A DNA stretch of 64,000 nucleotides from positions 4,105 to 68,104 of the forward strand of contig CALNYG010000003.1 of the NCBI GenBank assembly GCA_942490825.1, written 5' to 3'. How positions within the stretch are numbered: the first letter of the stretch is position 1; the number at the start of each line of letters is the position of its first letter. The notes under the pieces are model-generated. The model ran no database searches. It was not told where the DNA came from and saw only the letters and a program-made list of their open reading frames with translations. Shown in pieces: positions 62,265 to 64,000 of this stretch. The DNA is from Candidatus Moraniibacteriota bacterium. GTDB taxonomy: Bacteria > Patescibacteriota > Minisyncoccia > Moranbacterales > GCA-2747515. The position numbers and the translations under genes are program-made.

Positions 62265-63572
62265 CTAACTATCCATTTCAGTTTTAGCAACTCCCTCTAT
62301 TTCTACCAACCAATCAGGACGACAAACATCCGCCACAACATAAGTTCTCGGCAAATTTTCAGGTAAATGTTTTTCACAAACTGAAATAACTTTTTCGAAA
62401 TCTTCTTCAAATTTCACATAAATTCTAACCAGCATAAGATTATTCAAGTCAACTTCTTTATTAACCTTAACACCATTATTATTTAAGTTTTTCTTAGAAA
62501 TCAAAAGTCCAACATTTTCTAAGGTAACTTTAGTCTGTATAACAATATCACCAATACCAATAACATCCTCGCCAGCTTCTCCATCCTTCTTCCCTCTTAC
62601 AGAAGCTGTTCCAGAAATATAAATTCTAACATCTCCGTCCTCAAAAACCACCGCCCTTGCACGTTCCCATTGAGGCGCAGTTTTCGCATTATCCCCTACT
62701 AAAACTTTTTTACTATATTTATGTGGATCAATCTGATTTGGATTGGTTACTGGATAAGTTTTAACTTTCTCATTTTCAGTTTTTAAAGCTTTGGCTCGAA
62801 TCGAAATAATATTTACGCCACCAGCGACTGTACCAATTCCTGTAGCCGCAGGATATCCATTTGACCATCTTTTATGACCAAAGTTATCACCTCTTTTTTC
62901 ATTATAAATTTGATATCTTTGTGACACTTTGCCATCTTCATCTTCCATTATCTCAACTATATGATCAATATGATTTCGCTGACACACAATATTTTTTATG
63001 GTCATTCCTTCAGCTTTTAAAACTGCATTCAAAAGATGATAAGCACCATCAGCTTGAAAAAAAGTATCTTTAAAATGTTCATTAACACCTAGTCCTTCAA
63101 TGCTTAATTCTTTAACATCTTCACTTTCAATTACTCCGTAACCAACAACATATTTTTTTTTATTAAAATCAATCGCAAGTTCTTTTTGAGTATATTCAAC
63201 TTTTTCATTTTGAATAACTATCAAAGTAATTTCTAATGCAACTTGTGATTGATAAGGCGCTTGAGCTGTATAACCAACAATGTGCTTAGTTTTTAATTCG
63301 AAAAGTTTATTTATTTCACTTTCAAAAATATTACATCGATCTTGATATTCATCATCATTCTCAACTCGCAATAGAGATACAATACTTAAGATATTTAAAG
63401 CACTTAAATTGTTTTCATCAAAATAATTCCTTAGTTGACTTAAACAATTTATTGATTGTTTTCTAAAATCAACATCCTTATTTTCTGGATGAATGGTTAG
63501 ATATATTTCTTTATAATCTCCGTAATTTGCCTCTTTGATTAAAATATTTTTAATGTTTTTTTCTTCAGTCAT
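62265..63572 (-). CDS. YjgF/RidA-fold protein, FkbO/Hyg5 chorismatase-like, with extra N-terminal domain
   Basis: YPAATGIGT, NPNQIDPHKYS, PQWERA, RIYISGTASVRG, GDIVIQTKVTLENV and C-terminal DWLVEIEGVA blocks resemble the chorismatase / endoribonuclease L-PSP superfamily pattern. Confidence 0.4.
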   Translation of the reverse strand: MTEEKNIKNILIKEANYGDYKEIYLTIHPENKDVDFRKQSINCLSQLRNYFDENNLSALNILSIVSLLRVENDDEYQDRCNIFESEINKLFELKTKHIVGYTAQAPYQSQVALEITLIVIQNEKVEYTQKELAIDFNKKKYVVGYGVIESEDVKELSIEGLGVNEHFKDTFFQADGAYHLLNAVLKAEGMTIKNIVCQRNHIDHIVEIMEDEDGKVSQRYQIYNEKRGDNFGHKRWSNGYPAATGIGTVAGGVNIISIRAKALKTENEKVKTYPVTNPNQIDPHKYSKKVLVGDNAKTAPQWERARAVVFEDGDVRIYISGTASVRGKKDGEAGEDVIGIGDIVIQTKVTLENVGLLISKKNLNNNGVKVNKEVDLNNLMLVRIYVKFEEDFEKVISVCEKHLPENLPRTYVVADVCRPDWLVEIEGVAKTEMDS

Positions 63573-63714
63573 TTTTGTGTTTCAAATTAATTTTTATTTA
63601 TTTCATTTTAAATATATACCCAGAACTATTTAGTGTCAAATATTTTAACATTTATCTCTGTAAATAATTTAAAACTATTTTTTATAAAGACTATTATTTT
63701 CCAATTTACTTTTT

Positions 63715-63978
63715 TTAAAATAATTTTGCAATGATAGAATTTTCAAAAATAACAAAACCTAACAAAAAAGATCCTAAATTCATCAAAAAACTCAACATTA
63801 ACCACTTCCGCCAATTACCTCGAAAAGTAAAAAATAACAAACCAAATTCAATCAAAACTATAATCAGTTCTAATAAAATAATTGAAAAATAATTACTCGA
63901 ATTAAATAATCCAATCAAAGAATTTGTATAAAGAAAAAAACAAAAAGCTGGATGTGTAATTAAATTAACTAAAATCAC
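63715..63978 (-). CDS. Hypothetical membrane protein; frame stays open to the window edge, so the N-terminus may lie outside
   Basis: Hydrophobic 87-aa ORF (GTG start in the track). There is no in-frame stop between 63979 and 64000. Confidence 0.35.
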   Translation of the reverse strand: MILVNLITHPAFCFFLYTNSLIGLFNSSNYFSIILLELIIVLIEFGLLFFTFRGNWRKWLMLSFLMNLGSFLLGFVIFENSIIAKLF

Positions 63979-64000
63979 ACAAAAGAAAACTTTTTTTTCT

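Overview
AT-rich bacterial chromosomal window that uses the standard genetic code (TGA serves as a stop). Genes are compact and mostly short.

Core content:
- A scattered cell-envelope and division set: ftsW-murG, ftsQ, ftsE-ftsX, and murB and murC on the opposite strand.
- Housekeeping genes: holB, galU, ispH, an unusually short smc, truB, lgt, glyA, def-fmt and ndk.
- One tRNA-Gln(CUG).
- Many small secreted or membrane hypotheticals.
- A sortase fused to thrombospondin-type-3 Ca-binding repeats.

The gene repertoire and style resemble reduced-genome Patescibacteria/CPR bacteria. That is inference only, since no marker search was possible.

Accessory content:
- Two IS1-family copies, each with its own 8-bp target duplication. 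One looks intact, has an A-run -1 frameshift site, and sits inside a decayed NUDIX gene. The other is degenerate.
- A type II C5-methyltransferase/endonuclease pair.
- A HEPN-like ORF.
- A split beta-propeller gene.
- At least three families of GC-richer palindromic intergenic repeats. They assemble into mosaic arrays and occupy most long intergenic gaps.

Most interesting observation: two paralogous leader/attenuator-like RNA elements (10618-10830 and 13844-14010) flank a three-gene operon encoding a GCS2-like carboxylate-amine ligase, an FGase-family amidohydrolase and a class I glutamine amidotransferase. Each element has mutually exclusive 1:2, 2:3 and 3:4 pairings, with compensatory changes between the two copies. 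One carries a WWW leader peptide and the other a Phe/Tyr/Leu-rich one.

A second recurring theme is unrelated or variable coding regions bracketed by conserved flanks:
- Three MEENTPSKV-family paralogs, each followed by the lgt 5' end or a copy of it.
- Two secreted-protein cassettes that share promoter, leader and 3' modules.

All functional calls come from reading motifs by eye. No database search was run.
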